Assembly (NCBI GenBank): GCA_965363345.1 | Contig: CBDTTT010000001.1 | Span: 1 to 34,337 of the forward strand | Source of the DNA: an uncultured Chromatiales bacterium | GTDB lineage: Bacteria > Pseudomonadota > Gammaproteobacteria > Steroidobacterales > GCA-2729495 | Length of the DNA stretch: 34,337 nt | Direction: 5' to 3' | Shown: positions 1 through 8,230 of the stretch, piece after piece | Layout: every line of letters begins with the position of its first letter | Position numbering within the stretch: position 1 is the first letter of the stretch | Translations under genes and position numbers: made by a program | The notes under the pieces: generated by a model | The model's database searches: none | The model's input: the letters and a program-made list of their open reading frames with translations, nothing else | Told to the model about the DNA's origin: nothing

Positions 1-742
1 TGATTTCTGCAATTGCCTTGATACTTTTAAAACCGTATTTCCAGGGCACAACCAGGCGCAGTGGCGCACCATTCTGGTTGGGCAGCTCTTTCCCATAGAC
101 ACCCACAGCCAGGATAGCTAGGGGATTCATTGCTTCGGCGATGGTTAAACCTTCGCGATACGGCCAGTCGAGCACCGGTCGCAACTGGCCCTGCATTTCG
201 GAGGGCCTTTCGATGGTTTCAAAACTCACGTACTTCGCATTGGAGGTTGGGTTGAACCGTTTTAGGATGTCACCCAGCGGAATACCGACCCACGGAATCA
301 CCATTGACCACGCTTCCACGCAGCGCAGGCGGTAAATCCGCTCTTCTAATGCATGAGGCTTGATGATGTCTTCAAAAGTGAAGTCGCCGGTGATCCCGGC
401 CTCGCCATCAACCCGCACGCTCCAGGGCATGGGCTTGAAAGAGCCCGAGTTCATATAAGGGTCTTCTTTGCCTGTGCCAAACTCGTAGAAGTTGTTGTAC
501 TGAGTGACATCTTCATAGCTGTTCGGGGCTGCGTCGGTACTGAAAGGGCTTTTCTTGAGCTCTCCCAAGGAGCGCAGTTGTTGTGGAGTTTCTTTTGCAC
601 ACGCGCTATTGCCCAGTAATGCTGTCGCGCCTATAAAGCCCATGCTGCGCATAAAGCCGCGACGGTTCTGGTAGAACGTTTCTGACGCGATCTCAGAAGG
701 TTTTGCATCGCTGGCTTTGGGCTTTCTAATTAACACAGGCAT
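1..742 (-). CDS. msrP: Protein-methionine-sulfoxide reductase catalytic subunit MsrP (YedY), molybdopterin enzyme. The N-terminal ~247 codons are present and the C-terminus runs off the left edge.
   Basis: This ORF is not in the track because it is truncated. My minus-strand translation from the ATG at 742 gives MPVLIRKPKASDAKPSEIASETFYQNRRGFMRSMGF... (Tat motif RRGFM). It continues YNNFYEFGTGKEDP, ERIYRLRCVEAWSMVIPWVGIPL, TSNAKYVSFETI and NGAPLRLVVPWKYGFKSIKAI, which are nearly identical to E. coli YedY motifs as I recall them. Confidence 0.9.
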   Translation of the reverse strand, partial: MPVLIRKPKASDAKPSEIASETFYQNRRGFMRSMGFIGATALLGNSACAKETPQQLRSLGELKKSPFSTDAAPNSYEDVTQYNNFYEFGTGKEDPYMNSGSFKPMPWSVRVDGEAGITGDFTFEDIIKPHALEERIYRLRCVEAWSMVIPWVGIPLGDILKRFNPTSNAKYVSFETIERPSEMQGQLRPVLDWPYREGLTIAEAMNPLAILAVGVYGKELPNQNGAPLRLVVPWKYGFKSIKAIAEI

Positions 743-851
743 ATCCTCGGTTACGGTTAGTCTCTATGTGACCCACAATACCCCCGAAAAAGTTCCGTGT
801 AAGCCCGAATCAACATATAGTTTGTGCTTGTAGAAGTTTTAAGAGGTTGGT

Positions 852-1910
852 ATGCGTATAAATCTGCAGTTTAAGGTCTTGTTGTTGCTAGTGGCGGGCG
901 CGTTGCTGGCAGCTTGTGGACAAAAAGATCCAGTTGAGGAGGTTGCAGGTTCTACCGCCGGAGCTAATGAAGCTGCAGAGGTCATGCTGACGGTAGCGGG
1001 CACCACTTTCCCCGATACTGAAGGGGAGCGTCATTGGCTGAGCTTTGCCGAAGCGGCGACGCAGCTATCCGCTAATACCGTTAAGCCGAAGATGTTGATC
1101 TACGGACAACTGGGTTCCGAGGAGCAGATAATTTCCGGTTTGCGGCGCGGGCGCGTGCAGTTTGCCAATGTGTCGGCGATGGCAGTATCAACCTTAGTGC
1201 CCGAAGCAGCCTTGTTATACGCGCCATTTTTGTTTTCCGGTGAAGCAGAGGCCGATTTTATTCTTGATGAGTACCTGACCCCCTTGTATCGCGAGATGTT
1301 AGCTGAGAAAGGCCTGCACCTTGTGACGTGGTATGAGATTGGTTTCATTCAGGTCTATGGCAAGGAGTCATTGGTGGTGCCTGCCGATGCGAAGGGCCGC
1401 CGCTTCCGGGTTGGGGCCGGCCTTGCATCACGATTGTTCGCGGAGGCGATTGAGGCAGACGTCATTCCGCTGGGTTTTGCCGATGTGGTGGCTGGCTTGC
1501 AAACGGGTCTGATCGAGGCCGGCGAGAACGCGGTTAGCTTGTATGCCCGTTCGGGGATTGCCGGCGAAGCGGGTCATCTGACGCTAACCAACCACTCCTA
1601 TGGTGTATCGATGATTGTGGCGCAGAAGGACTGGTGGGATTCACAGACACCCGAAGTTCAGAGTGCGCTAGGTCAGGCGTTTCCCGATATTTCAGTTTCG
1701 CGCCTGGACGTGAGAGCAGAGTCGTTGCGCGATCTCGACAATGCGCAGGCTTTGGGTATTACGGTTCATCAGCCTGATCCGGCTCAGCAGGCACTGTGGG
1801 TGGAATCGGTATCTGGATTGCGTGCAAGGCTGGCGACCGAGATAGGTGGGCGTTCAGCAGAGATTATTGACGCTATCGAACGAGGACGTCAGGCCTATCT
1901 GGCCGACTAG
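852..1910 (+). CDS. TRAP-type (DctP family) periplasmic substrate-binding protein, predicted lipoprotein.
   Basis: SD AGAGG lies 5 nt upstream of the ATG. The signal peptide carries a lipobox (LLAAC-GQ). The DctP-like core is YGQLGSEEQIISGLRRGRVQFANVS...YAPFLF...GRRFRV. There are no DctQ/DctM membrane genes in the window. Confidence 0.7.
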   Translation: MRINLQFKVLLLLVAGALLAACGQKDPVEEVAGSTAGANEAAEVMLTVAGTTFPDTEGERHWLSFAEAATQLSANTVKPKMLIYGQLGSEEQIISGLRRGRVQFANVSAMAVSTLVPEAALLYAPFLFSGEAEADFILDEYLTPLYREMLAEKGLHLVTWYEIGFIQVYGKESLVVPADAKGRRFRVGAGLASRLFAEAIEADVIPLGFADVVAGLQTGLIEAGENAVSLYARSGIAGEAGHLTLTNHSYGVSMIVAQKDWWDSQTPEVQSALGQAFPDISVSRLDVRAESLRDLDNAQALGITVHQPDPAQQALWVESVSGLRARLATEIGGRSAEIIDAIERGRQAYLAD

Positions 1911-1935
1911 GTTTAGTCGACTAGGTTTGGCCGAC
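1901..1935. repeat. About 2.5 copies of a 14-nt tandem direct repeat (GGCCGACTAGGTTT / AGTCGACTAGGTTT / GGCCGAC) spanning the stop codon of the TRAP binding-protein gene.
   Basis: Read directly. CGACTAGGTTT occurs at 1904-1914 and 1918-1928, and GGCCGAC occurs at 1901-1907 and 1929-1935. Confidence 0.6.
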
Positions 1936-1971
1936 CAGGATGAATGTGTATTAGTGCTGGTGCAGGCTTGA

Positions 1972-3414
1972 TTAGTTCGCTGGCAGATTAGGGTTTGGCA
2001 GTGGCTCGAATGCTTCTTCCTGCTTCTTAACTTTGGTGCTTTCAAAGGCATACTTAAACTCAAGACGATAAGTCAGACCTGTGGTGCTTATCGGTTCGCG
2101 ATTTTTCATTGCGGGACGGTAGTGGGCGTAGCGGAGTTTTTTTGTGGCCCTGCGTTCCAGTGTGTCAGCCGGGTCGGCCTCAATAACCTTAATTTTTTTA
2201 ACAGCGCCGCCCTTGCTTACATCAAAGCGCAACACGATCACTCCATCACCGAACGCTTCCGGATTACTCGCCAGTGCTATTTCGGTGCTTCTTTTTACTG
2301 GATAGTAACGGGGCATTAAGTTCTCACCGATAGCAACTGGCGAACCGAACATGCCCTCGAGTAGTTCCGCATTATTTTCCTGTTCCGCATAGACGTCCCA
2401 CGCATTCTGGTAGGCGGTTTTTGCCGAGCGGGGCACACCGAACAACGTATAGGTATCTCCCATATCCATCAGCAGTTCCGCATGCAAAAGCAGGTCAGGG
2501 ACAGGCTGTGCAGCATTAATTTCTATAGCACGCCGCAGAGCGGCAATGGCCCCGTTGCGCATGGCCATAGCCTGTGACTCGGCATCGGAGAGAGGCGATC
2601 CCGGTGCGGTTAGTGTTGGTTGCGGCAGGTTGCCAGCTTGAATGACATAAGAGGCTGAAAGGTAACGAAGTGTGCCGATAAGTTCAGGATTGTTCTCGCC
2701 GGATGCCCTCGCCATAATTCTATAGGCGCTGCGATAACTGCTGAGCTCATCGGCTGTCTGCCCTGTGCGACCATACCAACGCGCCAGTTTGAAGTGGCTT
2801 GCGGCAAGGTCCGAACTGTTTTCCCCTTTTGTGTACTCCGTAAAATCGATTTGTGTCTGCTGATGGAAATTGGCATTGTCGAGTTCGCTTAGTGCGAGAT
2901 AGGTTTCACTTAGTTCATCACGGATAGCTATCTGATCAAGATTATAGAACCCTTGATTTGCATGATTGATGCGCAACGCACGCAATAGTGATTTCTCTCC
3001 AAGGCGATATTCGCCTGCTTTAAGATACGTCTGCGCCAGCCAATTAAGGGGCATGATGAGTTCTTTGGCAAGCAGCCCCCGATTGCGCTCAATAATTGCA
3101 ATAGCACGCGCTGCGGAATCGCGCGCCGCTAAGTAATCGCTGGTGTAAAACTGAACGGTAGCTAGGTCAGTCAGCGGTGTTACCAGTTCCTCTGCTTCGC
3201 GGCCGTAGGCTTGTTCGCTTAGACGCAACATCTGTTTAGCTGGATCTAAGGCTTCGGCATAACGTTGTTCTGTGAGTAGCCGTATGACTTCTTCATACGC
3301 CGCGGCGCGCTGTTGTAGTAACTCATCTGTGTTTTGTGCAGGGAGTGCGCACGACATTATGAGCAGCAGAGCAGCTACGGTACTTGAACGGCGTTTACTT
3401 ACTAATACATGCAT
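1972..3414 (-). CDS. Exported TPR-repeat protein with a C-terminal TonB-C-like domain.
   Basis: It has an N-terminal signal peptide (AALLLIMSCALPAQN). A long region has TPR-like periodicity (repeated A..Y...G......A motifs). The C-terminal ~90 aa (VIVLRFDVSKGGAVKKIKVIEADP...YRPAMKNREPISTTGLTYRLEFKY) resembles the TonB C-terminal fold. Confidence 0.55.
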   Translation of the reverse strand: MHVLVSKRRSSTVAALLLIMSCALPAQNTDELLQQRAAAYEEVIRLLTEQRYAEALDPAKQMLRLSEQAYGREAEELVTPLTDLATVQFYTSDYLAARDSAARAIAIIERNRGLLAKELIMPLNWLAQTYLKAGEYRLGEKSLLRALRINHANQGFYNLDQIAIRDELSETYLALSELDNANFHQQTQIDFTEYTKGENSSDLAASHFKLARWYGRTGQTADELSSYRSAYRIMARASGENNPELIGTLRYLSASYVIQAGNLPQPTLTAPGSPLSDAESQAMAMRNGAIAALRRAIEINAAQPVPDLLLHAELLMDMGDTYTLFGVPRSAKTAYQNAWDVYAEQENNAELLEGMFGSPVAIGENLMPRYYPVKRSTEIALASNPEAFGDGVIVLRFDVSKGGAVKKIKVIEADPADTLERRATKKLRYAHYRPAMKNREPISTTGLTYRLEFKYAFESTKVKKQEEAFEPLPNPNLPAN

Positions 3415-3649
3415 GTTGAGCTGACCGAAATTTTGGTGAGGCGTGCGTCAACGTTAATGGGGCTTTGTCGTCGTAAACCACAGCCCATAGTGTAACAAGC
3501 AAACCGTAAGTATTTGTTGCAGGGTTTAATCCTGCTTGTGAATGCACGGTATCTTTTTGTGCTTTCAGTTCGGGAACTACGGCAACTATTCTGCTGTCCT
3601 GTATATAAGCTGCTATGTTTGGCGTTGCTGTACAGGAGTTTTGAAAGCG

Positions 3650-4285
3650 ATGGGATTATTTGGACGAAAGCCGGAGATGGTGAGCGAGGCTGATGCACTG
3701 CCTGGACGCATCGAGGCTATGCAGGTAAACAACAAGCACTACGTGTCTGGCCATCCGATTGAGGAGCCTTTTCCGGCTAATCTGGAGTCTGCGCAGTTTG
3801 CTCTGGGCTGCTTTTGGGGTGCTGAGCGGTGTTTCTGGACGCTCGATGGCGTCTATTCAACCGCTGTGGGCTATGCTGGTGGCTATACGCAGAATCCTTC
3901 GTATGAAGAAACCTGTTCGGGGATGACGGGGCATACCGAGGTTGTTTTGGTTATCTATGATCCCGCAGTCATATCATTTGGCGAATTGCTTAAAGTGTTT
4001 TGGGAGTCGCATGACCCGACACAGGGTTTACGACAGGGCAATGACGCGGGTTCGCAATATCGCTCTGCGATCTATGTCGATGACGCCACACGTTTTCAGC
4101 AGGCTGAGGATTCGATGCGGGCATTTCAGCAACAGCTTACGGCCGCAGGCTATCCACCGATTACTACTGAGCTTGCCCGCGACAAAACCTTCTATTATGC
4201 AGAGGACTACCATCAGCAGTATCTTGCGAAGAATCCCTCAGGTTATTGTGGTTTGGGAGGTACGGGGGTGACTTGTCCGGCTTAG
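3650..4285 (+). CDS. msrA: Peptide-methionine (S)-S-oxide reductase MsrA.
   Basis: From the ATG at 3650 the product [20 protein letters not shown]...[14 protein letters not shown]...[26 protein letters not shown]...[13 protein letters not shown]...[26 protein letters not shown] is collinear with E. coli MsrA. The track start at 3542 adds a Cys/Tyr-rich extension that is not conserved. Confidence 0.95.
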   Translation: MGLFGRKPEMVSEADALPGRIEAMQVNNKHYVSGHPIEEPFPANLESAQFALGCFWGAERCFWTLDGVYSTAVGYAGGYTQNPSYEETCSGMTGHTEVVLVIYDPAVISFGELLKVFWESHDPTQGLRQGNDAGSQYRSAIYVDDATRFQQAEDSMRAFQQQLTAAGYPPITTELARDKTFYYAEDYHQQYLAKNPSGYCGLGGTGVTCPA

Positions 4286-4644
4286 TTAAGCACCCGATAG
4301 CCCCGATAGCGCAAGCATCGTTTCACGACGTCCTCTTTATTTTTGGTTTCCTTGGAGGCTGAGCCTGCACCGGCAAGAATTGCGCCGACTGCAGCAGCTT
4401 CGCCGATATCACTATTTTTTCGAACCGCGCCAACTGCACCGCCCACAGCAGCGCCACCAGCAGCGCTTTTAGCCACGCCACTAGCCACAGGTACCTGATC
4501 GGCATATACCCTGCAGTCGGCAAGGTCCTGCTCATACACCGTCATGTTTACGCCTTTGGTATCGATGATTGGGTTGGGCTGCGCTGAGCATGCAGCTATT
4601 AAAACTGCTGCAATTGGAGTAAGTAAGCGGGCGGGTACGTGCAT
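4282..4644 (-). CDS. Small glycine-zipper outer-membrane lipoprotein.
   Basis: It has a lipobox (VLIAAC-SAQ) and a Gly/Ala zipper ([14 protein letters not shown]...[14 protein letters not shown]). Its stop codon overlaps the msrA stop codon. Confidence 0.6.
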   Translation of the reverse strand: MHVPARLLTPIAAVLIAACSAQPNPIIDTKGVNMTVYEQDLADCRVYADQVPVASGVAKSAAGGAAVGGAVGAVRKNSDIGEAAAVGAILAGAGSASKETKNKEDVVKRCLRYRGYRVLN

Positions 4645-4742
4645 GAATACTTCCAGGTAATAGTCCGATTATGTGCTACTGGTTTTAACGCAGTTAGCAT
4701 GCAATGGTTGACAGCCTAACCCGACTCGGCAAGCATGTGGAA

Positions 4743-5453
4743 ATGAAACGAATACTGATTTTTGCCGTATGTGCTTTGTTGCTAGTGAGTTGTAGCAATG
4801 TTCCTGAGCCTCCTGAAGGCCCCATGTCGATGTCGCCGCCAAATTGGCTGGCTAAGGCAACGCGCTATAAGGTTGCCGATGGCGATTCTTTGCTCGCAAT
4901 CAGGGCTTATAGGTCGGGCAGTCTTGCCCGACTTGGACACAATCATGTGATTAGTGCCGAGAGCCTTACCGGACAGGTGTATGTAGGCAGTTCTTATGAG
5001 CAGACCTGGATTGAGCTGCAGTTGCCGGTGAGCAGTTTGCTTGTCGATACACTTGATATGCGAGCTCGCTATGGCGAGGACTTCGCATTAGCGGTTCCCG
5101 AGGACGCAATTGCCGGTACAACCGAAAATATGCTGGGAGCTGATGTTTTGAATTCAGCTTCCTGGCCTCTGGTCGTTATTCGCGGTGCCGCGATAGCTTG
5201 TGATTTGCCGCAATGTCAGCTGCGTTTGGAAATAGAGCTAAAGGGGCAGCTGAGCCAGCACGTTGTGCCGGTCCTCGTTGAACAACATGACGACCGTTTG
5301 CTGGTTCATTCGGAGTTTGGCTTATCACAAGCCGCTCTTGGGCTTAAGCCGTTTAGCGTGATGATGGGGGCGTTATCTGTTGCTGATGAGCTGCAGTTTG
5401 AGCTGGATTTGGTCGCTATCGAAGTTAGCGCTAGCGAAGCATCTATGCAGTGA
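4743..5453 (+). CDS. Lipoprotein, probably with a YceI-like (polyisoprenoid-binding fold) domain.
   Basis: From the ATG at 4743 the product begins MKRILIFAVCALLLVSC-SN (lipobox). The layout LLAIRAYRSGSLARLGHNHVI...LTGQV...ELQLPVSSL...LEIELKGQLSQHVVPV...HSEFGLSQAALGLKPF matches my recollection of YceI-family beta-barrels. The family call is tentative. Confidence 0.5.
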   Translation: MKRILIFAVCALLLVSCSNVPEPPEGPMSMSPPNWLAKATRYKVADGDSLLAIRAYRSGSLARLGHNHVISAESLTGQVYVGSSYEQTWIELQLPVSSLLVDTLDMRARYGEDFALAVPEDAIAGTTENMLGADVLNSASWPLVVIRGAAIACDLPQCQLRLEIELKGQLSQHVVPVLVEQHDDRLLVHSEFGLSQAALGLKPFSVMMGALSVADELQFELDLVAIEVSASEASMQ

Positions 5454-5507
5454 TATATTCAGATTTATCGTATAGCAATTGTGTTTATAAATTGAGTGAG
5501 GCTAAGC

Positions 5508-6473
5508 ATGTCGGATAAAAAATCAGCTGAAGGTATGTCAATCGACCGCCGTCGTTTGTTGGCGGGAATCGGTGCAGCAGGTGCCATGAGTATGGCGCCA
5601 TCAGTGCAGGCAGAGCCCTGCTCTAAAGCTGTCGAATGGACGCTTGATCTTGACGAGGCAAAAGATAACTTACGCGCATTGCTGAAATTGCAGGCTGATC
5701 TTTCCGGCGCAGATGCCCTTTCCGGTTTTCCCGGTAAGGTATGGGGCTGGGTGCCTGGTAAAGGTAATACTCTGCTATTCAATACCTACGGGATTGGCTG
5801 CAGTCATATCGAAGAGGTTGAAAACGGCTATCGTTTTTATCATCGTGAGTTGCTTTATTACACCGACCCTAAAACCAATGAAGTGCTCGACACCTGGAAT
5901 AATCCTTACACAGGCAAGACTGTTGATGTGCGTCATATCCTGAATGATCCCGTCAATCGTTTTTATCCTTTTGCAGGTGGTCGGTTTGCACCACCGTTCG
6001 CGTATGAGGTTCATGGTAACGACATCGTTTTTCAGATTAGCGTGTTCCGATTTAACGAATCTCCTATGAGTCGTGCTGAGTACCCCCTGCATTCGGCTGA
6101 CGATAACTATCAGTCGGCAGAACTATGGGGAATGATTGGTCGTATTGAAGAAGTTATGGACCCGGATGTTACATCAGCGAGTTGCGTCACTTCCTGGTCC
6201 CGACTTTCGCAGTGGTTGCCGTTTATGGAAATGGGTAATGCACCGGGTAACATGGTATTCCACAGTCATTCATATAAGTTGATGGGTGGAGCTGCTGAAC
6301 TCCCACCACAAATTCTTGCGTATACCGAGAAGAACTATCCGAAGTATCTCGAGTCACCTAAAGAGTGGTTGGGGATGAAGGAAAACAAGAGTCAGGTCAC
6401 CGAAAGCAAGAAAGAAATCGATCGCCGCTGGGCACAGGATGGTCCGGCAGGGTCAGTGTTTGAGGTGAAGTAG
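5508..6473 (+). CDS. Tat-signal exported protein of unknown function, probably DUF1838 family. Paralogue of 23978-24811.
   Basis: SD GAGG lies 7 nt upstream of the ATG at 5508. It has a twin-arginine signal (SIDRRRLLAGIGAAGAMSMAPSVQA). With the second copy it shares L+AL+KL, YYTDxxTxExLDxWxNPY(T/S)GKxVD and TSAxxxxSW. Confidence 0.6.
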   Translation: MSDKKSAEGMSIDRRRLLAGIGAAGAMSMAPSVQAEPCSKAVEWTLDLDEAKDNLRALLKLQADLSGADALSGFPGKVWGWVPGKGNTLLFNTYGIGCSHIEEVENGYRFYHRELLYYTDPKTNEVLDTWNNPYTGKTVDVRHILNDPVNRFYPFAGGRFAPPFAYEVHGNDIVFQISVFRFNESPMSRAEYPLHSADDNYQSAELWGMIGRIEEVMDPDVTSASCVTSWSRLSQWLPFMEMGNAPGNMVFHSHSYKLMGGAAELPPQILAYTEKNYPKYLESPKEWLGMKENKSQVTESKKEIDRRWAQDGPAGSVFEVK

Positions 6474-6489
6474 ATTCGCAGCTTCGTTT

Positions 6490-6533
6490 CAGGCAATAAA
6501 AAACCCGACTTTTGTCGGGTTTTTTATTGCCTG
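6490..6533. terminator. Bidirectional rho-independent terminator between convergent genes.
   Basis: It is a perfect 20-bp inverted repeat, CAGGCAATAAAAAACCCGAC / GTCGGGTTTTTTATTGCCTG, with a TTTT loop. The GC core CCCGAC/GTCGGG is flanked by an A-tract on one side and a T-tract on the other. Confidence 0.85.
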
Positions 6534-6578
6534 AATTTGTACGATCTAATTTATCGGGACTACAGCTGTAACGCTTGT

Positions 6579-7667
6579 TTAGTTCGCAGCTGCTTGGCTC
6601 ATTAACTGTCGGGCTTCATTTGCCCAATTTGCCCGATGTGCCTTCTTCGTGCGGGCTGCAATGTTTTTAAGCTCGGCTTCCCCTAATTCTGCCAGCTGTG
6701 CGTAGTTGAATACGCCCGCATCATTTAGGCGACGCTCTAGGCCGGGACCGATACCGCGAATTTTCTTAAGGTCATTCTTTGCAACCTGCATATCGGTGTG
6801 GGTTTCCTCGAGCTGGTCTGAGTTCTGATTGTCGCTATGTAGCTGTGGTGCGACATGGTCACTCGCAGTTTCGGTGAGAGCCAGATGTCTCGAAGTGGCC
6901 TCTGCCGCAATTCGTTCCTGCTTTACAACCCGCGCCTTCTTAATAGCATCCGAGAGTCTGTTTAGTTTGGCTTCAGTCTGTTGTTGTTCGTTGCGAAGTG
7001 CTCTAATCTGATGCTTGAGCCTATCGATGACTTCCCCTTGCTGGGTGTTTTCTGTGGCGAGAGGCTTAGCCCATTCTTGCAGTGCCTGAAGTTGTTTTTT
7101 CATGCTGGCTTCAGCGGCTCTACTGCTGTGCAGTTGGTCACGCAGGTCTGCCATAGACCCTTCTGTCGCCATGCTTGGTACCGGCGCGGATGGGTTTTTC
7201 TTGGCCGACAAGAATTCAAGCTCGCTGCGAAGTTCTGCTATTTGTTTTTCATAGCCGACAATGTCTTTTAGAACTTTTTGGCGGACTTTATCTTTTTCGA
7301 GATGGGTTTGCTGCAGCGTGTTGATCATTCGCTTCTGGCTGCCATGCTCAACCCGAATCCGATCACGATCTTCCTGTAGGTGGGCGAGTTGTTGAACCTG
7401 TTCGTTGATACGGTCTTCGTAGCGGCTATTTTTTGCGGCAACCTCTGCCTTGTCGTGATGCAGTTGTTGAACTGTAGTTTGAAGTTCCGATATTTCCAGC
7501 GGCAATTCGGGAGTGTCAGTAGTTGACTCTTCAGCTGCCTTATCAGCATCGTTGTTGCCGGTCGCCGTTGTTGTTTGAGTTAGCACTGCTTTGCAGACAA
7601 CCCAGCCCAGCAGAAAGGCTATGCCGCCGGCTATTAGTGCTGTAATTAGTGTGGCTGCAATTGTCAT
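6579..7667 (-). CDS. Membrane-anchored long coiled-coil protein with a C-terminal helix-hairpin-helix-like motif.
   Basis: From the ATG at 7667 the product begins MTIAATLITALIAGGIAFLLGWVV (one TM). About 280 aa follow that are rich in Q/E/K/R/L with heptad-like character. The C-terminus is DLKKIRGIGPGLERRLNDAGVFNYAQLAEL. Confidence 0.6.
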   Translation of the reverse strand: MTIAATLITALIAGGIAFLLGWVVCKAVLTQTTTATGNNDADKAAEESTTDTPELPLEISELQTTVQQLHHDKAEVAAKNSRYEDRINEQVQQLAHLQEDRDRIRVEHGSQKRMINTLQQTHLEKDKVRQKVLKDIVGYEKQIAELRSELEFLSAKKNPSAPVPSMATEGSMADLRDQLHSSRAAEASMKKQLQALQEWAKPLATENTQQGEVIDRLKHQIRALRNEQQQTEAKLNRLSDAIKKARVVKQERIAAEATSRHLALTETASDHVAPQLHSDNQNSDQLEETHTDMQVAKNDLKKIRGIGPGLERRLNDAGVFNYAQLAELGEAELKNIAARTKKAHRANWANEARQLMSQAAAN

Positions 7668-7966
7668 GTAGTTAAATTCTTCGCTGCTCTTTGCTGCTTG
7701 CAATCGCAAGTGCTTATAAATGCTGCTATTTGCACTACATTATGTCAGCTGCTGCGAGTCAACAATGAGCTAGTTCACATTTTTGCATCGTATTACTGGG
7801 AAAAGAGGGTAGTCGTGCTCCTCGGTAGAGATTCTATTGCTGTGTTCGGGTTGTGCAGGCAGTTATGGCACAGCCCACCGCAGCGACTATTGCGGATAGT
7901 CTTTATGGCATCATCGCTGCAGAGGTGGGATAGTTAACCTATACACATGCTGAGGAGCACTAACTG

Positions 7967-8230
7967 ATGGAACTAAGCAAATTGCAATCAATGATTGGAT
8001 CGCTGAACACGCGCGTAAATCATAGCGTATCTTTTGATAAGACTGAGGCCGATGCTATCCGGGCAGAAGTCGCCGCAATTTCTGCGTTGCTTGTTGAGAT
8101 GAGCTCTGCTCATGATGAGCCGATCAATGATCAGTTGACCCGGATGGCTGCAGAGTTTGAAGCAGATCACCCTCAGGCGTCCCGATTGCTTGAGAGAATG
8201 GCTGATACGCTCTCGAAACTGGGAATTTAG
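7967..8230 (+). CDS. Small (87 aa) helical cytoplasmic protein, possibly DUF4404 family.
   Basis: A strong SD GAGGAG lies 9 nt upstream. The product has no signal peptide and is acidic. Its C-terminal ...HPQASRLLERMADTLSKLGI resembles the DUF4404 ending as I recall it. Confidence 0.5.
   Translation: MELSKLQSMIGSLNTRVNHSVSFDKTEADAIRAEVAAISALLVEMSSAHDEPINDQLTRMAAEFEADHPQASRLLERMADTLSKLGI

Noticed and set aside
3542-3649. The track's longer msrA start, which adds 36 extra N-terminal residues.
   Set aside because: The extension ([32 protein letters not shown]...) has no counterpart in MsrA. The ATG at 3650 reproduces the E. coli-like N-terminus (M.LF.K......ADALPGR).
7698-7937. A 79-aa plus-strand ORF filling the 300-bp gap between the coiled-coil gene and the DUF4404-like gene.
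   Set aside because: It has no SD. Its composition (Cys/Leu/Arg/Trp-rich) is unlike real proteins in this window. The region is better explained as divergent promoter DNA. I cannot exclude a small RNA but see no defining structure.
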